DNA of 48,449 nucleotides, counting the filler, from an uncultured virus (IMG/VR IMGVR_UViG_2049941000_000080) (lineage: Duplodnaviria; Heunggongvirae; Uroviricota; Caudoviricetes). It is 12 parts of one record of this genome, joined end to end, with 100 filler letters (N's around TTAATTAATTAA, not from the genome) between each part and the next. Parts side by side here need not be neighbours in the genome. Positions count along the whole stretch, not along the records: positions 19,315 to 29,074 come from IMGVR_UViG_2049941000_000080; positions 29,175 to 43,685 come from IMGVR_UViG_2049941000_000080; 10 more parts are not named here. One strand, written 5' to 3'. Positions 20,988-32,581 of this stretch are shown in pieces; within the stretch, counting starts at the first letter, position 1, and each line of letters begins with the position of its first letter. Position numbers and translations under genes: made by a program. The notes beneath the pieces are model-generated. The model saw only the letters and a program-made list of their open reading frames with translations, had not been told where the DNA came from and did no database searches.

Positions 20988-21326
20988 ATGTTGCCGTCAT
21001 TCTGTAAAGACGTAGTTACTCGGTTAAGACCGAAAACAACCGAATCCAGAGGCAAGACAGTCCCCGATTGGAGTGTCGCACCCGATTATGAAGAAATAGA
21101 CGGGTGCTCGATGCAACCTGCGAGCACGTCACTGTCAACAGACGGGCGTGTGCTTGGCATATCTGACCTTTATACGCTCTATGCCCCGTCCGATGCCGAT
21201 ATTGAGGCAGGGGACAGAATAGAGTTTAACGGCCTGATATACGAGATAGACGGAGACGTAAGAGTTCAACCTACTGCGTGTCGGTTAGACCATATCGCAG
21301 TCAATTTGAGGCGTTACAATGGCTAA
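20988..21326 (+). CDS. Head closure (stopper) protein
   Basis: PDWS..GCSMQP..TLYAP..ADI.AGDRIEF.G..YEIDG. Confidence 0.8.
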   Translation: MLPSFCKDVVTRLRPKTTESRGKTVPDWSVAPDYEEIDGCSMQPASTSLSTDGRVLGISDLYTLYAPSDADIEAGDRIEFNGLIYEIDGDVRVQPTACRLDHIAVNLRRYNG

Positions 21327-21522
21327 ATCAGGATTGACAAAGATCGAGTTTTCCAATGAGGGTATGAGAGCGTTGTTTCAATGTGACGGCACAAAGCAGG
21401 TCATTGAGCAGAACACGGAGCGTATTACCGCAGAGGCGAACGAGAACGGCAACTGTGACGGATTTGTCGGTCAGACAGTTATGGGCCGTATTGGTCGTTA
21501 TGTCGGTCTTGTAAGAGCAACC
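21319..21522 (+). CDS. Neck protein (HK97 gp10-like), partial
   Basis: Position after head closure; allele 20059-20106. Confidence 0.55.
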
Positions 21523-21541
21523 NNNNNNNNNNAGTTCTCAT

Positions 21542-21847
21542 ATGCCTAAAGAACTTAATCTCAATTTACCCGTAGAGGTCTTAATGGTAACAATCGGCGA
21601 GACAGTCTACTCCGTACCGCTTGCAACGTCTTTACCCTATAACAAGGTTAAGGTGCTTTCTAAAGCCTGCAAGAACCTTAAGGGAGATGACGATGTTGAC
21701 GGACAGTTGGAAATCTTCTCGGAGTTTTTCAAGGAGTACATACCCGAAGATGTGCTTGACACGTTGCCTATGAAAGCACTTTACAACCTTGCTACCGCTT
21801 GGGGCGATGCAGACGATGACACCAACGGCAATTTGGGGGAATCTTAA
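21542..21847 (+). CDS. Tail assembly chaperone gpG, allele A
   Basis: Ends LGES* with GGGGGAA at 21835-21841. Confidence 0.8.
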   Translation: MPKELNLNLPVEVLMVTIGETVYSVPLATSLPYNKVKVLSKACKNLKGDDDVDGQLEIFSEFFKEYIPEDVLDTLPMKALYNLATAWGDADDDTNGNLGES

Positions 21848-21942
21848 GCCTTGCCACTTTTGTAGATGAGCATAGCAAGGCGGTTGAATATGACCTCTTA
21901 ACATTGACGGGTTATACGTTAAATGATGTAGGNNNNNNNNNN

Positions 21943-22330
21943 GGACGCAGAGCCTATCCGTGATTGGAGCAAGGCTATCAGAAGACTTGCATCTTCCGAT
22001 GAGGGTGCAACGATCAGTGGTAAGTTGCTCGAAACAACAAAGAAAGTCTTTGAGGCTATCTTTGGAGCAGACAACGTAACATACACGGCAGCTACATCAA
22101 GTCACGGCAACGTCACAAGCGTTACAGTCGCTCCCGGTGTTTCCGCATCAAAGAAAGTCTTCTATTTCCTTATGAAAGACGGAGACGATATGCTCGGTAT
22201 CGGCGGTACGGGTATCTTAAGAGACCTCGGTGAAGTATCTTTCGTACCTAACCAGCCTATCACATACGACATCACGATCGAACTTGATTCTATCACCTAC
22301 ACAAAGGACGATGGACAGGTTGCTTCCTGA
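21943..22330 (+). CDS. Major tail protein C-terminal part
   Basis: DW..IRRL..FGADNV..MKDGD..PITY.ITI..DDGQ. Confidence 0.8.
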
Positions 22331-22349
22331 TTAAGAAAGGGGTTCTAAT

Positions 22350-22649
22350 ATGCCTAAAGAACTGAATCTTAACTCATTACCCGTTGAGGTATTAAAGGTA
22401 ACAATAGGCGAGACAGTCTATACATTACCTCTTGCAAACGCTCTGCCTTATTCAAAGGTAAAGAAACTCATCAAGATTTCAAAGAGCGATGACACAGAAG
22501 AACAGATTGATACATTTATCGCTTTCTTCAAAGAATACATACCCGAAGACGTTGTTGAGAATCTTCCAATGGCATCACTCACGGCACTTGCAAAGGCTTG
22601 GGGTGATACGTCAGAGGAAAATGGCGGTAGCACATTGGGGGAATCTTAA
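22350..22649 (+). CDS. Tail assembly chaperone gpG, allele B
   Basis: Follows MTP; ends LGES*. Confidence 0.82.
   Translation: MPKELNLNSLPVEVLKVTIGETVYTLPLANALPYSKVKKLIKISKSDDTEEQIDTFIAFFKEYIPEDVVENLPMASLTALAKAWGDTSEENGGSTLGES
22637..22643 (+). promoter_or_regulatory. -1 programmed ribosomal frameshift site G GGG GAA
   Basis: Present in both alleles; the -1 frame is open (ILSLARFVDEHRKAVEYDLLTLTGYTLNDVG). Confidence 0.8.
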
Positions 22650-22744
22650 GCCTTGCACGTTTTGTAGATGAACATCGTAAGGCAGTTGAATATGACCTCT
22701 TAACATTGACGGGTTATACGTTAAATGATGTAGGNNNNNNNNNN

Positions 22745-24265
22745 CATATCGTCAATGTCCCGTGAGGATCTATTCAAAGCAACCATTCAAGGTTTTCAAG
22801 GAATGGCAGACAGTACCGAGAGAGCCGCACTTGCTAATGACCTCTTTGGTAAGTCCGGTCAGAACCTTGCACCGCTTTTCAATATGACCGCAGACGAGAC
22901 GCAGGGACTTATTGAAAAGGCAAATGACCTCGGTATGGTAATGAGTGACGAGGGTGTCAAGGGTAGTGCCGTTTTCAAGGACGCTATGACAACCCTTAGC
23001 GGTACGATAACGGGTCTCAAGAACAACCTTATGACACAGTTCATGCCGAGCCTTGCGGAAGTCACAGAGGGCCTTGCAGAGACATTTGCAGGCAAGGGTA
23101 CGGCTNNNNNNNNNNGTCCCGTGAGGATCTATTTAAAGCGACCATAAAGGGATTTCAGGGAATGGCAGACAGTACCGAGAGGGCCGCACTTGCAAATGAC
23201 CTTTTTGGTAAATCCGGTCAGAACCTTGCCCCGCTTTTCAATATGACTGCAGACGAGACGCAGGGACTTATTGATAAAGCAAATGACCTCGGTATGGTAA
23301 TGTCCGATGAGGGTGTCAAGGGTAGTGCATCGTTCACAGACGCTATGACAACCCTTAGCGGTACGATAACGGGTCTTAAGAACAACCTTATGACACAGTT
23401 TATGCCGAGCCTTACGGAAGTCACAGAGGGCCTTGCAGAGACATTTGCAGGCAAGGGTACGGCTNNNNNNNNNNTAAGACGTTCGTTGATACGGCAAAGC
23501 AGACGGCAGCTTACGGCGATGAAGTCGACAAGACTTCCCAGAAGTTAGGATTGTCCGCTAAAGCCTATCAGGAATGGGACTACGTTATGAAGATTGCAGG
23601 CACGGAAATGTCATCAATGACAACGGGCCTTAAGACACTCACAAACAAGTTAGACGATGCAAAGAACGGCTCTGCATCTGCACAAGCGATGTTTTCCGCT
23701 CTCGGTATCTCAATGGAAGANNNNNNNNNNAGTAAAGGGTTGGGGAGACAATATCAAGAATTTCTTTGTAGGTCTCTGGACTAACCTCAAAGACGGGGTG
23801 ACTAAGGGATTAGAAAACATCAAACAGAAGTTCACCTCGGTATTCGACAATATCAGGAATTTCGTCAAGTCGGCACTCGATAAGATAAAGAGTTTCTTTA
23901 AGTTCGAGTGGTCGTTACCGAAGATCAAGATGCCACACTTCAAGATAAGNNNNNNNNNNACCCGATTTGTTCAAGGCGGTCAAGGACATTGGGGAAAGTC
24001 TGATTCAAGGTGTCGGCCCGATGCTCCCCGATTTGGTATCTATGATGTTTTCTCTCGTGGTCAGTGCCATAACAACCCTGACATCAATGACCCCACAGAT
24101 GATGCCTGCCATAACCGAGGGTTTGAGGGGCATTATGTCGGCGGTCTTATCGGCACTTCCTGTCATCATATCGGGCCTGACAACCCTTTTGTTAGATTTG
24201 GCGAATTGGCTCTCAAGCGGTGGTGCGGAAGAAATGATTGACGGACTGTTGAAGATGCTTGCAAC
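22745..24265 (+). CDS. Tape measure protein internal fragments (several alleles)
   Basis: AYQEWDYVM, ERAALANDLFGKSG, LGMVMSDE, FEWSLPKIKMPHF. Confidence 0.85.
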
Positions 24266-24275
24266 NNNNNNNNNN

Positions 24276-25053
24276 TATCGGTAGTGGAAATTCAGCCGCT
24301 AACAACGCAGGCGTAGGCATTTACAGAAATGCCGTAAACGGTGCGGATAACAACGGCAAGGGCGGTCAAATGTTTGGCAATACCGCCGCTAACGAGGCTT
24401 ATAAGTATGCTATGGGTTTGACTTCGGCAAAGGCAAAGTCAGAGGCTTATGTCAGCGGTTATACTCTTTCTAATCAGGGTATCAAAGGCTCAAGTGCTCT
24501 TGCTAATGACAGTAAGACAGGTTTTAACTACGCAGGTCAAATGTCAGGTAAGGGCTACATAGGCGGTCTCGAAAAATACAAGAGCAAGGCGAGTTCGTCA
24601 GGGCGCATTATCGCAGAGGCGGCACTCAATACGCTCAAAAAGGTATTGGGTATTCACTCACCGTCAACGGCTTACGGCGAGCAGGCTTATTGGTCTGTAA
24701 TGGGTTATGCAAAGAACATGGAAAAGTATTCCTATCTTGCAGAGAACGCCGCAAGAGATATGGCTAACGCTTCTCTCGACGCAGTAAAAACGGCTGATTC
24801 ATACTTCACGGGCAACGTAAGCGGTGTAGGCACTACAACTAACGCAGGTTACGGTATCGGCATGGCTAACACAAATTCTATGGCGACACTTGCAGGTAAC
24901 ATATATAATGCAGTTGTAAGCGGTATGTCCGTTGTAGCCGAACAGTTCGGCGGTGAAACTAAAGTTATCATCGGCGGCAAGGAAGTTTACAGAGTTGTTC
25001 AGAAGGAAAAACGCAATAGCGGTATTGCTATCGGCAACGGAGCATTTACATAA
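24276..25053 (+). CDS. Tape measure C-terminus of a different phage
   Basis: LGIHSPS motif; unrelated to the 870-1149 C-terminus. Confidence 0.75.
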
Positions 25054-25065
25054 GGGGGTATCGTA

Positions 25066-25286
25066 ATGGCAGTTGAAAGATACGGACAGTTTATAACCTT
25101 AACGGCAGGCAACGATACCCTGCAATTACCATTCGTAGCCTATGAAAGCGGTAAGCAGATAGAGGCTACTATGGTAGATTCAGCGAGAACCGCCGACGGC
25201 ATAGTTCGTGGCTCGGTAATCGCACAGGCTTCAAAATTAGAGTTGAAATGGGCGGTCTTGTCCCCTGCCGTATGGGGACAGATTTG
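25066..25286 (+). CDS. Dit-like tail protein of the second phage, partial
   Basis: DSARTADG..KLELKW..L; follows TMP. Confidence 0.55.
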
Positions 25287-25296
25287 NNNNNNNNNN

Positions 25297-26568
25297 CCCT
25301 CAACCATTACCGAGGGCGTTGTACCGACCACATACGGCATCGGTGCGTTGACCGACTGTATAAATGCGTCCTGCAAGGAAGACCGCAACGGGTTGCCTGA
25401 ACTTGAGTTCTTATACCCTGCAAACGGCATACACGCAGACCAGATACAGTACGGCTCGGTCATAAAGGCAAAGCCGAACTTTAGCGACAATCCGCAGTTA
25501 TTCCGAGTTGAGCAGATAACCAAGACAATGCGAGGCGAATATGACATTTATTGCCGTCATATCTCCTACGATTTGTCCGGCAAGGTTATCACAACGGGAA
25601 GTGCAGGAAGTTGCACGGCAGCTTGCTTACTTCTTACGGGAAGTGCAGGCGGTTTTAACATCACGACAGACAAGGCAGTCACGGCAGATTTTGAAATCAC
25701 CGAGCCGTCAAGTGTCCGTTCGTGGTTTGGCNNNNNNNNNNNNNNNNNTAATTATGGCGAAATAACCATTGAGAAGAACGGCACACAGATTTCAAGCCTC
25801 AACTTCTATTTGCANNNNNNNNNNCAATCTCTGTACGGGCATTGTCCCGTTCTGCATTGACGATGACGGCAACAAGACAGTGGGAACGAGAGTTGCAACG
25901 GGCCTTGTNNNNNNNNNNNNNNNNNNNNNNNNNNNNNNNNNNNNNNNNNNNNNNNNNNNNNNNNNNNNNNNNNNNNNNNNNNNNNNNNNNNNNNNNNNNN
26001 NNNNNNNNNNNNNNNNNNNNNNNNNNNNNNNNNAGCAACCCTCACGAGTAACTATATCGCTAATAATAACTTCACGGACGTATTCAACTCGATTACGCTT
26101 GATTTCGTGCAGTTATCAGACCTTACCGAGCGTGTGGATCTATGCGATACAGTCCATATCTACTTTGAGGCACTTGGCATCACGGCATCTTTGAAGTGTG
26201 TATCGGTCACTTGGGACGTTCTTAACGAGCGTTATACTTCCTGCACGTTNNNNNNNNNNNNNNNNNNNNNNNNNNNNNNNNNNNNNNNNNNNNNNNNNNN
26301 NNNNNNNNNNNNNNNNNNNNNNNNNNNNNNNNNNNNNNNNNNNNNNNNNNNNNNNNNNNNNNNNNNNNNNNNNNNNNNNNNNNNNNNNNNNNNNNNNNNN
26401 NNNTAACCTCTGTACGGGCATTGTCCCGTTCTGTATCGACGATGACGGCAACAAGACAGTGGGAACGAGAGTTGCAACGGGCCTTGTGCTTGATTTCGAC
26501 AGAGACAGAGCGGTTGACTTCTCCGAGGACATTGACTTTGAGAGTGCCACACCGCTTGCAACACAGTT
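25297..26568 (+). CDS. Tal/prophage endopeptidase-type tail protein fragments (also 13355-13556)
   Basis: GIGALTD..EDRNG..LEF.YP, PQLFRV, HISYDL, RYGKNL, V.LCDTV. Confidence 0.8.
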
Positions 26569-26580
26569 NNNNNNNNNNTT

Positions 26581-26725
26581 AGCGAAATACCGTCGCACAA
26601 TCACAACAAACTGAAATTAAGGTGGGGCACCGCCGCAGGTGCTAACGCCGTTTACGGTTCAAACGGTTCGGGTAATGGTTCTGACAGAGATTCAGAATCT
26701 TACGAGGGTGGCGGTTTGCCTCATA
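26581..26725 (+). CDS. Baseplate/fibre fragment with HxH motif
   Basis: SEIPSHNH..GGGLPH, a T4 gp10/gp12-like C-terminal pattern. Confidence 0.5.
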
Positions 26726-26736
26726 NNNNNNNNNNG

Positions 26737-27674
26737 GTATGGCGATTCAATAAGAACGGCTTGGGATATTCCAACACGGGTTATACGGGTACATACGGAC
26801 TTGCTATGACCTCGAACGGCGAGATAGTCGCAGACTTCATCAAGGCTGGCGTGATTTCCGATGCTCTCGGACGTTCTGAGATTGATATGACTAACGGCTC
26901 GGCAAAAATGTACGAGCTGAACGCCATAAAAGGCTTTAACCTCTTAACCGAGGGCGACGAAGACGTAAGAAGTACCTTTGATGCCTTGCAGTTCGCTACA
27001 AGGTTTATTCTATCGCCTGATGATGCAACGAACCCGTATATCACGCTCAACTGCTACAAGCGATTGACCGAAACATACGCACAGATGCATCTAAGTCATA
27101 ACGGCTCGACTAAGACAGTTCTTATCGAGGCAAATGACATAGGCGGTAGCGTAAAACTCAAGAACGAGAACGGCAACGATGCTATACAGTTCTTTGCGAA
27201 CTCGACATACGGCGGTAATTTTTACTTGCACAACCCGAACGGCTCGGCACGTTTCCACGCTTTTGTGGGCGGTGTAAACGACGACGGAATAATGGACGTG
27301 TTCGACGGCAACGGCAACGTATCAATCAACTTGGTCGGTCATAACGGCGTGATTGAGTGCGGAGTGATAAAGCCGAGGGATTGCGAACAAGTCGAACTCT
27401 GGAATCAGTCGTTTACGAGCGGTGAGCTGCTTGTCGGGTGGGGTTATAACGTCTATTACATTATCGGTAAGGTCTCGGGTGGCGGTTCATTCGTTACAAT
27501 GACTATTCCGAGAGCGGTTATAACCACGACAGACCAGCGTTTTCAGTTTACCGACGAGCAATACTTCTTCTCGTTTGATGCACGAAAGGACGTAGATCCT
27601 GACACGGGCGATGATGTTCTCTGCATTACGTTCGTCGACAGAAATGCGTCAGGAAGTATTCAGAAGATATACGG
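26737..27674 (+). CDS. Tal C-terminal extension
   Basis: VWRFNKNGLGYS..GY.G.Y.LAMT.NG.IVADFI.AG. Confidence 0.75.
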
Positions 27675-27684
27675 NNNNNNNNNN

Positions 27685-28433
27685 CACCCATTTGCTCCCT
27701 CGACAGGCATTAGGCTCGGCGAAGATTCCTATATTGATATGGGAAAGATTGCAGGACTTGACTTCTCCAAGAACTATACGATTGAGTTCTGGTTCAATAT
27801 GGATAAGTTGTTCCAGAGTGATTACGGTTGGGACAATAGAAACAATCTTGTGGTTGATTTCTTTGACATTGGAAATGTTAAAGCGGCTATGAGATCGGCT
27901 TCAATCTATCTGTTNNNNNNNNNNGCAGGTACACGACATTGTTGTTGAAGAGCTCGAAGATAACGGAGCGGAAGAAACAGGCTACGACAACACGGAAAGC
28001 GGTCTTGAAGCAACAAACGTGCAGGACGCTATTGACGAAGTAAATACCAAGATCGAGAACATTCCGAGCGTTGACGCTTATACGAAAGAGCAGTCTGACG
28101 AGAAGTACGCTACCAAAACTGTTGTGAATGCTTTGAGTGAGGAATTTGATGAAATAACCGAAGCTGTTGTTGGAAAAAACAAAGTAAACCCTGCTACATT
28201 AACCGCAGGAGCTGTTCAATCAAATGGCACTATTTCCACAAGTGGTGCGTGGGCTGGCTATGACACCACAGATTATATTGAGTTGAAGGCGAACACTGAT
28301 TACACCTTCACCAATTATAAAAAATCTGATGGGGTTAGAATGGTGTCCAGAAGACTTATTGAGTTTTATGATGCCTTGAAAACACCTATTGCAGCTGCAT
28401 ATATAAACGATTTATCAGTCGCAACAACATTTA
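27685..28433 (+). CDS. Tail fibre/receptor-binding fragments (LamG-like 27685-27914; ATNVQDAIDE fibre 27925-28433)
   Basis: YTIEFWF; SGLEATNVQDAIDEV, DAYTKEQSD. Confidence 0.55.
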
Positions 28434-28444
28434 ANNNNNNNNNN

Positions 28445-29074
28445 TTCATCAACCGCAAGCGGTTTGTTTTCACACGCAGAGGGTTGTCTGACAACTGCAA
28501 GTGGAGAATCCTCACACGCAGAGGGTTATCTGACAACTGCAAGCGGGCAACATTCACACGCAGAGGGTTGTCAGACAACTGCAAGTGGTCGTTTTCAGCA
28601 CGTTTCAGGCACGTATAATGTTGTTGACAATAATAACACCTATGTTGAAATCATAGGCAACGGCGGAAATTCATACAATCGCTCTAACGCTCGTACACTC
28701 GATTGGAACGGCAACGAAACGCTTGCAGGTAATTTGACCTTTAACGGAAACAAATCGCTCACAAGCGAAATCTCACGCCTTGACGGACGTATTGACAATC
28801 TCCCCGAGGCTATGGTGTTTAAGGGTACTCTTGGCGTCAACGGAGATATTCAAACATTACCTACGGCAAGTGCTGATATTGAGGGTTGGACATTCAAGTG
28901 TATCACGGCAGGAACATACTCAGGTTTGAACTTAAAGGTTGGTGATACTGTTACCTGTTTTAATCCCCCGAATACAAGCGATTACGAGTGGGATATATCA
29001 GGTTATGGTGATACAGATACCGATACTTGGCGAGCAATCAAGGTCAACGGAGTTGAGAAACTTGGCAACGGCAT
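28445..29074 (+). CDS. Tail fibre with YadA/Hep-Hag-like head repeats
   Basis: (SHAEG..TTASG)n, IIGNG..RSNARTLDWNGN, MVFKGTLG. Confidence 0.75.
28449..28590 (+). repeat. 42-bp coding tandem repeat (about 3.5 copies)
   Basis: TCACACGCAGAGGGTT..ACAACTGCAAG repeated. Confidence 0.9.
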
Positions 29075-29271
29075 NNNNNNNNNNNNNNNNNNNNNNNNNN
29101 NNNNNNNNNNNNNNNNNNTTAATTAATTAANNNNNNNNNNNNNNNNNNNNNNNNNNNNNNNNNNNNNNNNNNNNCCTTGAATGTCCTTTGGGAATGTAGA
29201 GATCGCCACGAAGCAGCTCACATTGATAATCTTCATAACCAAACTTGATTATTCCCATTATNNNNNNNNNN

Positions 29272-29748
29272 TCTCGAATGTCCTTTTGGAATGTAGAGAT
29301 CGCCACGGAGCAGCTCACATTGATAATCTTCATAACCAAACTTGATTATTCCCATTATAATTCCACGGAGATTTTTCAAAGTCTTCTCAGATAGTGCCTT
29401 ATTTCGCCCTGTAGCGCCGTTTATGACGTTCTGCCAATCTCTTAGTGTCATTTTACGTAATTTACGAGAACCGCACACAGGGGCGATGTAGAGCCGTATA
29501 TAGCGCTCATATTGTCGGTAAGCTTCGGAGGTCTCGCCTCGACGTGCTTTAACATCGCAAAGAAATTCTTTAGAAACGCAAAGTACAGTCTTCTCGCCTG
29601 AGCTCTCGTCATAGTACCATTGTTCGTACTTTTTGATTACTTCCTTGCGACCTCTGGCACCGGGCAGCGAAGATGAGAAGGAAACTGTCTTTCCCTCTCT
29701 CATGGCTCTGATCCGCCAGCGCTGTCCGTCCCATTTAGGTGATGCCAT
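29272..29748 (-). CDS. int: Tyrosine integrase N-terminal/SAM-like region (allele piece 29175-29261)
   Basis: Y..YIRLYIAP..G..KL..MT..DWQ..IN..LSEKTLKNLR; coupled to an XRE repressor. Confidence 0.7.
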
Positions 29749-29750
29749 TA

Positions 29751-29988
29751 TTACTCCTGTGAATCTATAAGCGCCTGATAATACGCCAGGAGCCGTGCTT
29801 GGTTCTGTTCCGATAGTTTATATACATCTATGACCGGTGCGGTCGAGGACTTGCCTCGGAGGGTGTCAAGCGTGACGTTGAAGTAGTCGGCCATCTTCTC
29901 TTCGATCTCGAAGTTCGGTTCTCGCTCACCTGTTTCATACATACCTATCGCAGATGGGCTCACCCCGATTATTTTCGCAAGCTCAGCT
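29751..29988 (-). CDS. XRE/CI-like repressor, 5'-truncated
   Basis: ELAKIIGVSPSAIGMYETGEREPNFE..MADYFNVTLD.L.G. Confidence 0.88.
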
Positions 29989-30322
29989 NNNNNNNNNNTA
30001 TCGTGGGTTTTTGCTATCTCGTAGGCTACATCATCAAGTTGTTCAAGAATGACAGGCTTGATAACTTCATTCCTGGAATCTGCATCGTGATCGGTGTCAT
30101 TTTGGGTGTCGTANNNNNNNNNNNNNNNNNNNNNNNNNNNNNNNNNNNNNNNNNNNNNNNNNNNNNNNNNNNNNNNNNNNNNNNNNNNNNNNNNNNNNNN
30201 NNNNNNNNNNNNNNNNNNNNNNNNNNNNNNNNNNNNNNNNNNNNNNNNNNNNNNNNNNNNNNNNNNNNNNNNNNNNNNNNNNNNNNNNNNNNNNNNNNNN
30301 NNNNNNNNNNNNNNNNNNNNAC

Positions 30323-30601
30323 CGCATAAAAGCTCTTGAAGAAGAAAATAAGAGCCGTAAAGAGGAAATAGAAGAAGAACGTAAGGCGAGACAAATCGAA
30401 ATTGAAAAACTCAATGATCGCCTCAAATTAGGCAACAAGCGGTTCGACAATATCGAGGAAAGCACAAAGATAACTCTTGAAACCTTGCGAGCTTTGCTCA
30501 AACACGCTTTGGGCGGTGATGAATCAGAACTGAAAGAAGCGGAAAAGAGCCTCGACAATTATTTACAGAACTCGTTGTTTAGAAATAAACAAACGGAATA
30601 A
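30323..30601 (+). CDS. Coiled-coil pre-holin protein, partial
   Basis: RIKALEEE..RFDNIEE..ALLKHAL.G..L..A..L..YL; missed by ORF track. Confidence 0.6.
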   Translation, partial: RIKALEEENKSRKEEIEEERKARQIEIEKLNDRLKLGNKRFDNIEESTKITLETLRALLKHALGGDESELKEAEKSLDNYLQNSLFRNKQTE

Positions 30602-30629
30602 AACAAACAATGAAAGGAGAAATAAGAAA

Positions 30630-30983
30630 ATGACAGATTTAACATTTTGGGTATTTGTTCCGATTGCAGGAATTATTTATCTGATTGGAGCAGGGTTAAA
30701 GGCTATCGGCAACGAGAAACTTGACAGGTTTATCCCGTTCCTTTGCGGTCTTTCGGGCGGTGCTCTTGGCGTAGTCGCTTTCAAGACAATTCCAGGGTTC
30801 TTGCCTGTCGATAATTGGCTTCTCGCTCTTTATCTCGGTATCGGTTCGGGACTTTTCGCAGTCGGCGTAAATCAGATATACAAGCAGTTCACTAAAGGTA
30901 AGAAACTCACTTTTGAAGCCTTTACTGTAAACGGCGAAGCTAACCCTGATGACGAAAATGATAATGAAGAAAGAGAGGGTTGA
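30630..30983 (+). CDS. Holin (divergent allele fragment 30000-30113)
   Basis: Three hydrophobic segments, DRFIP..G..G, VGVNQIYKQ. Confidence 0.85.
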   Translation: MTDLTFWVFVPIAGIIYLIGAGLKAIGNEKLDRFIPFLCGLSGGALGVVAFKTIPGFLPVDNWLLALYLGIGSGLFAVGVNQIYKQFTKGKKLTFEAFTVNGEANPDDENDNEEREG

Positions 30984-30985
30984 TT

Positions 30986-32005
30986 ATGGCTACATGGTCG
31001 CCCCTCACAAACAAGGTTAGGGAAAGCAAAGACAATTCCGGCAATCGTAAGTATAGTGTTACGAGGATCACGCCCCATTGTTGGGTAGGGCAAGTCAGTA
31101 TCGAGAACGGACTTGATTACTTCGCAACTACATCAAGGCAGGTGTCCTCTAACTACATCATAGGTTCTGACGGTAGGGTTGGCGGTTGTGTCCGTGAAGA
31201 ATATCGAGCTTGGACTTCATCAAGCAGGGATAACGATAATCGTGCGATCACGATTGAATGTGCTTCCGATACAAAATCTCCGTATGCGTTCAAAACGGCG
31301 GTATATCAAAAGCTCATTCTGTTGTGTGCTGACATTTGCAAGCGTTACGGCAAAAAGAAACTTTTGTGGATCAGCGACAAGAGTAAGGCTTTGGCTTATA
31401 GTCCGAAATCTGATGAAATGCTGCTGACGGTTCACCGTTGGTTTGCAAGTACCGATTGCCCTGGCGGTTGGCTTATGTCACGAATGGGCGATTTGGCTAA
31501 TCAGGTTACGGCTCTTTTGCAGGGTGATACACCGTCCGACACCTACGTTGTTTCTACAAGCGGTAACGCTTTGAGGCTTCGTGCAGAGCCTACAACAAGC
31601 TCAAAGCAGGTCGGTTACATCAACAACGGTACGATCATCAAGGCTGATAAGGTCGTTAAGGGACAGAGCATAGGCGGTGTTGATACATGGGCATACTATC
31701 ACGGCGGTTACGCAAGCGGTAAGTATTTATCGCCTACACCGAAGGTCACAGAGCCTACACCAACGCCCGAACCCGAACCTCACCCCGAGCCTACGCCGCC
31801 CACACCCGTTCCGACGGGAAAGAAGTACCGTTGCACTTGCACTAAAGGTGTAAACATTAGAAGCGGTGCAGGTGTCGGCTATTCAAAGGTCGGTGCGGTA
31901 AATTACGGGCAGGTCGTTACGATCTATGCACAGAAGAACGGTTGGGGCAATACTACATCAAGCGGTAATCGTTGGGTGTGTATGAAATACTTTAAGGCAG
32001 TATAA
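30986..32005 (+). CDS. Endolysin: Amidase_2 + SH3 + Pro/Thr linker + SH3
   Basis: ITPHC, SSNY.IG.DG, RAWTSSS..ND.RAITIEC, TVHRWF..T.CPG; two SH3b domains. Confidence 0.92.
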   Translation: MATWSPLTNKVRESKDNSGNRKYSVTRITPHCWVGQVSIENGLDYFATTSRQVSSNYIIGSDGRVGGCVREEYRAWTSSSRDNDNRAITIECASDTKSPYAFKTAVYQKLILLCADICKRYGKKKLLWISDKSKALAYSPKSDEMLLTVHRWFASTDCPGGWLMSRMGDLANQVTALLQGDTPSDTYVVSTSGNALRLRAEPTTSSKQVGYINNGTIIKADKVVKGQSIGGVDTWAYYHGGYASGKYLSPTPKVTEPTPTPEPEPHPEPTPPTPVPTGKKYRCTCTKGVNIRSGAGVGYSKVGAVNYGQVVTIYAQKNGWGNTTSSGNRWVCMKYFKAV

Positions 32006-32039
32006 AAGTGTATTCCCATTACACCTATTTCTCCCTACA

Positions 32040-32076
32040 AAAAGGACACTCGAAGTAATATCGGGTGTCCTTTTCT
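32040..32076 (+). terminator. Rho-independent terminator after lysin
   Basis: AAAAGGACACTCGA-loop-TCGGGTGTCCTTTT. Confidence 0.85.
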
Positions 32077-32154
32077 TGTGCCTGTTTGAATATTTGCGTA
32101 TGAGGTAGGCAAATTCACTATACCACAAATGAAAATCATTTGCTATAATGAGGG

Positions 32155-32226
32155 TGCGAATCATCATATTTGTTTCTCCATTAGGAAAATTGCCCCTTGC
32201 TACTCACACGGCAAGGGGTTTTCTTT
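32155..32226 (+). ncRNA. Candidate ~70-nt small RNA with anti-SD/anti-AUG segment
   Basis: Extended -10 TGCTATAAT at 32141-32149; TCATATTTGTTTCTCC; terminator CCCCTTGC..GCAAGGGG-TTTT. Confidence 0.5.
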
Positions 32227-32266
32227 GCTCGTAATCACTTTGTAACATTGACTTTTAAAAATTGTG

Positions 32267-32294
32267 TTGACTTTTCAAATTGAAAGTGTATAAT
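32267..32294 (+). promoter_or_regulatory. sigma-A promoter with internal operator palindrome
   Basis: TTGACT-N16-TATAAT; TTTCAA-A-TTGAAA in the spacer. Confidence 0.7.
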
Positions 32295-32328
32295 CAAGCC
32301 ATAAACCTAAAGAAAGGGGGGCGATAAA

Positions 32329-32565
32329 GTGGCTTTGGTAATCACGAGAAAGATCAACTATCCGAAGTTAAGAGGAACGCTTGTTGAAAAAGGAATCAAA
32401 CAAAAAGATCTCGCAACGCTTTGGGGTTGCAGTACGCAATTAGCTTCAAACAAACTCAACGGAAAATCTCCTATGTCGGAGTGCGAAGCGGAAGCTCTTT
32501 CGATTCTCGCCAAGTTTACAGACAAGGAAAAAATGCTGATTTTTTCGACAACGGACTTTAAGTAA
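32329..32565 (+). CDS. Cro-like HTH protein
   Basis: YPKLRG.L.EKGI.QKDLA..WG.S....SNKLNG. Confidence 0.85.
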   Translation: MALVITRKINYPKLRGTLVEKGIKQKDLATLWGCSTQLASNKLNGKSPMSECEAEALSILAKFTDKEKMLIFSTTDFK

Positions 32566-32581
32566 GGAAGAGAGGTAAAAA

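Noticed and set aside
28449..28590. CRISPR-like repeat array
   Set aside because: In-frame 42-bp coding repeats without unique spacers; no cas genes
31735..31815. Low-complexity repeat in the lysin
   Set aside because: Ordinary Pro/Thr/Glu interdomain linker
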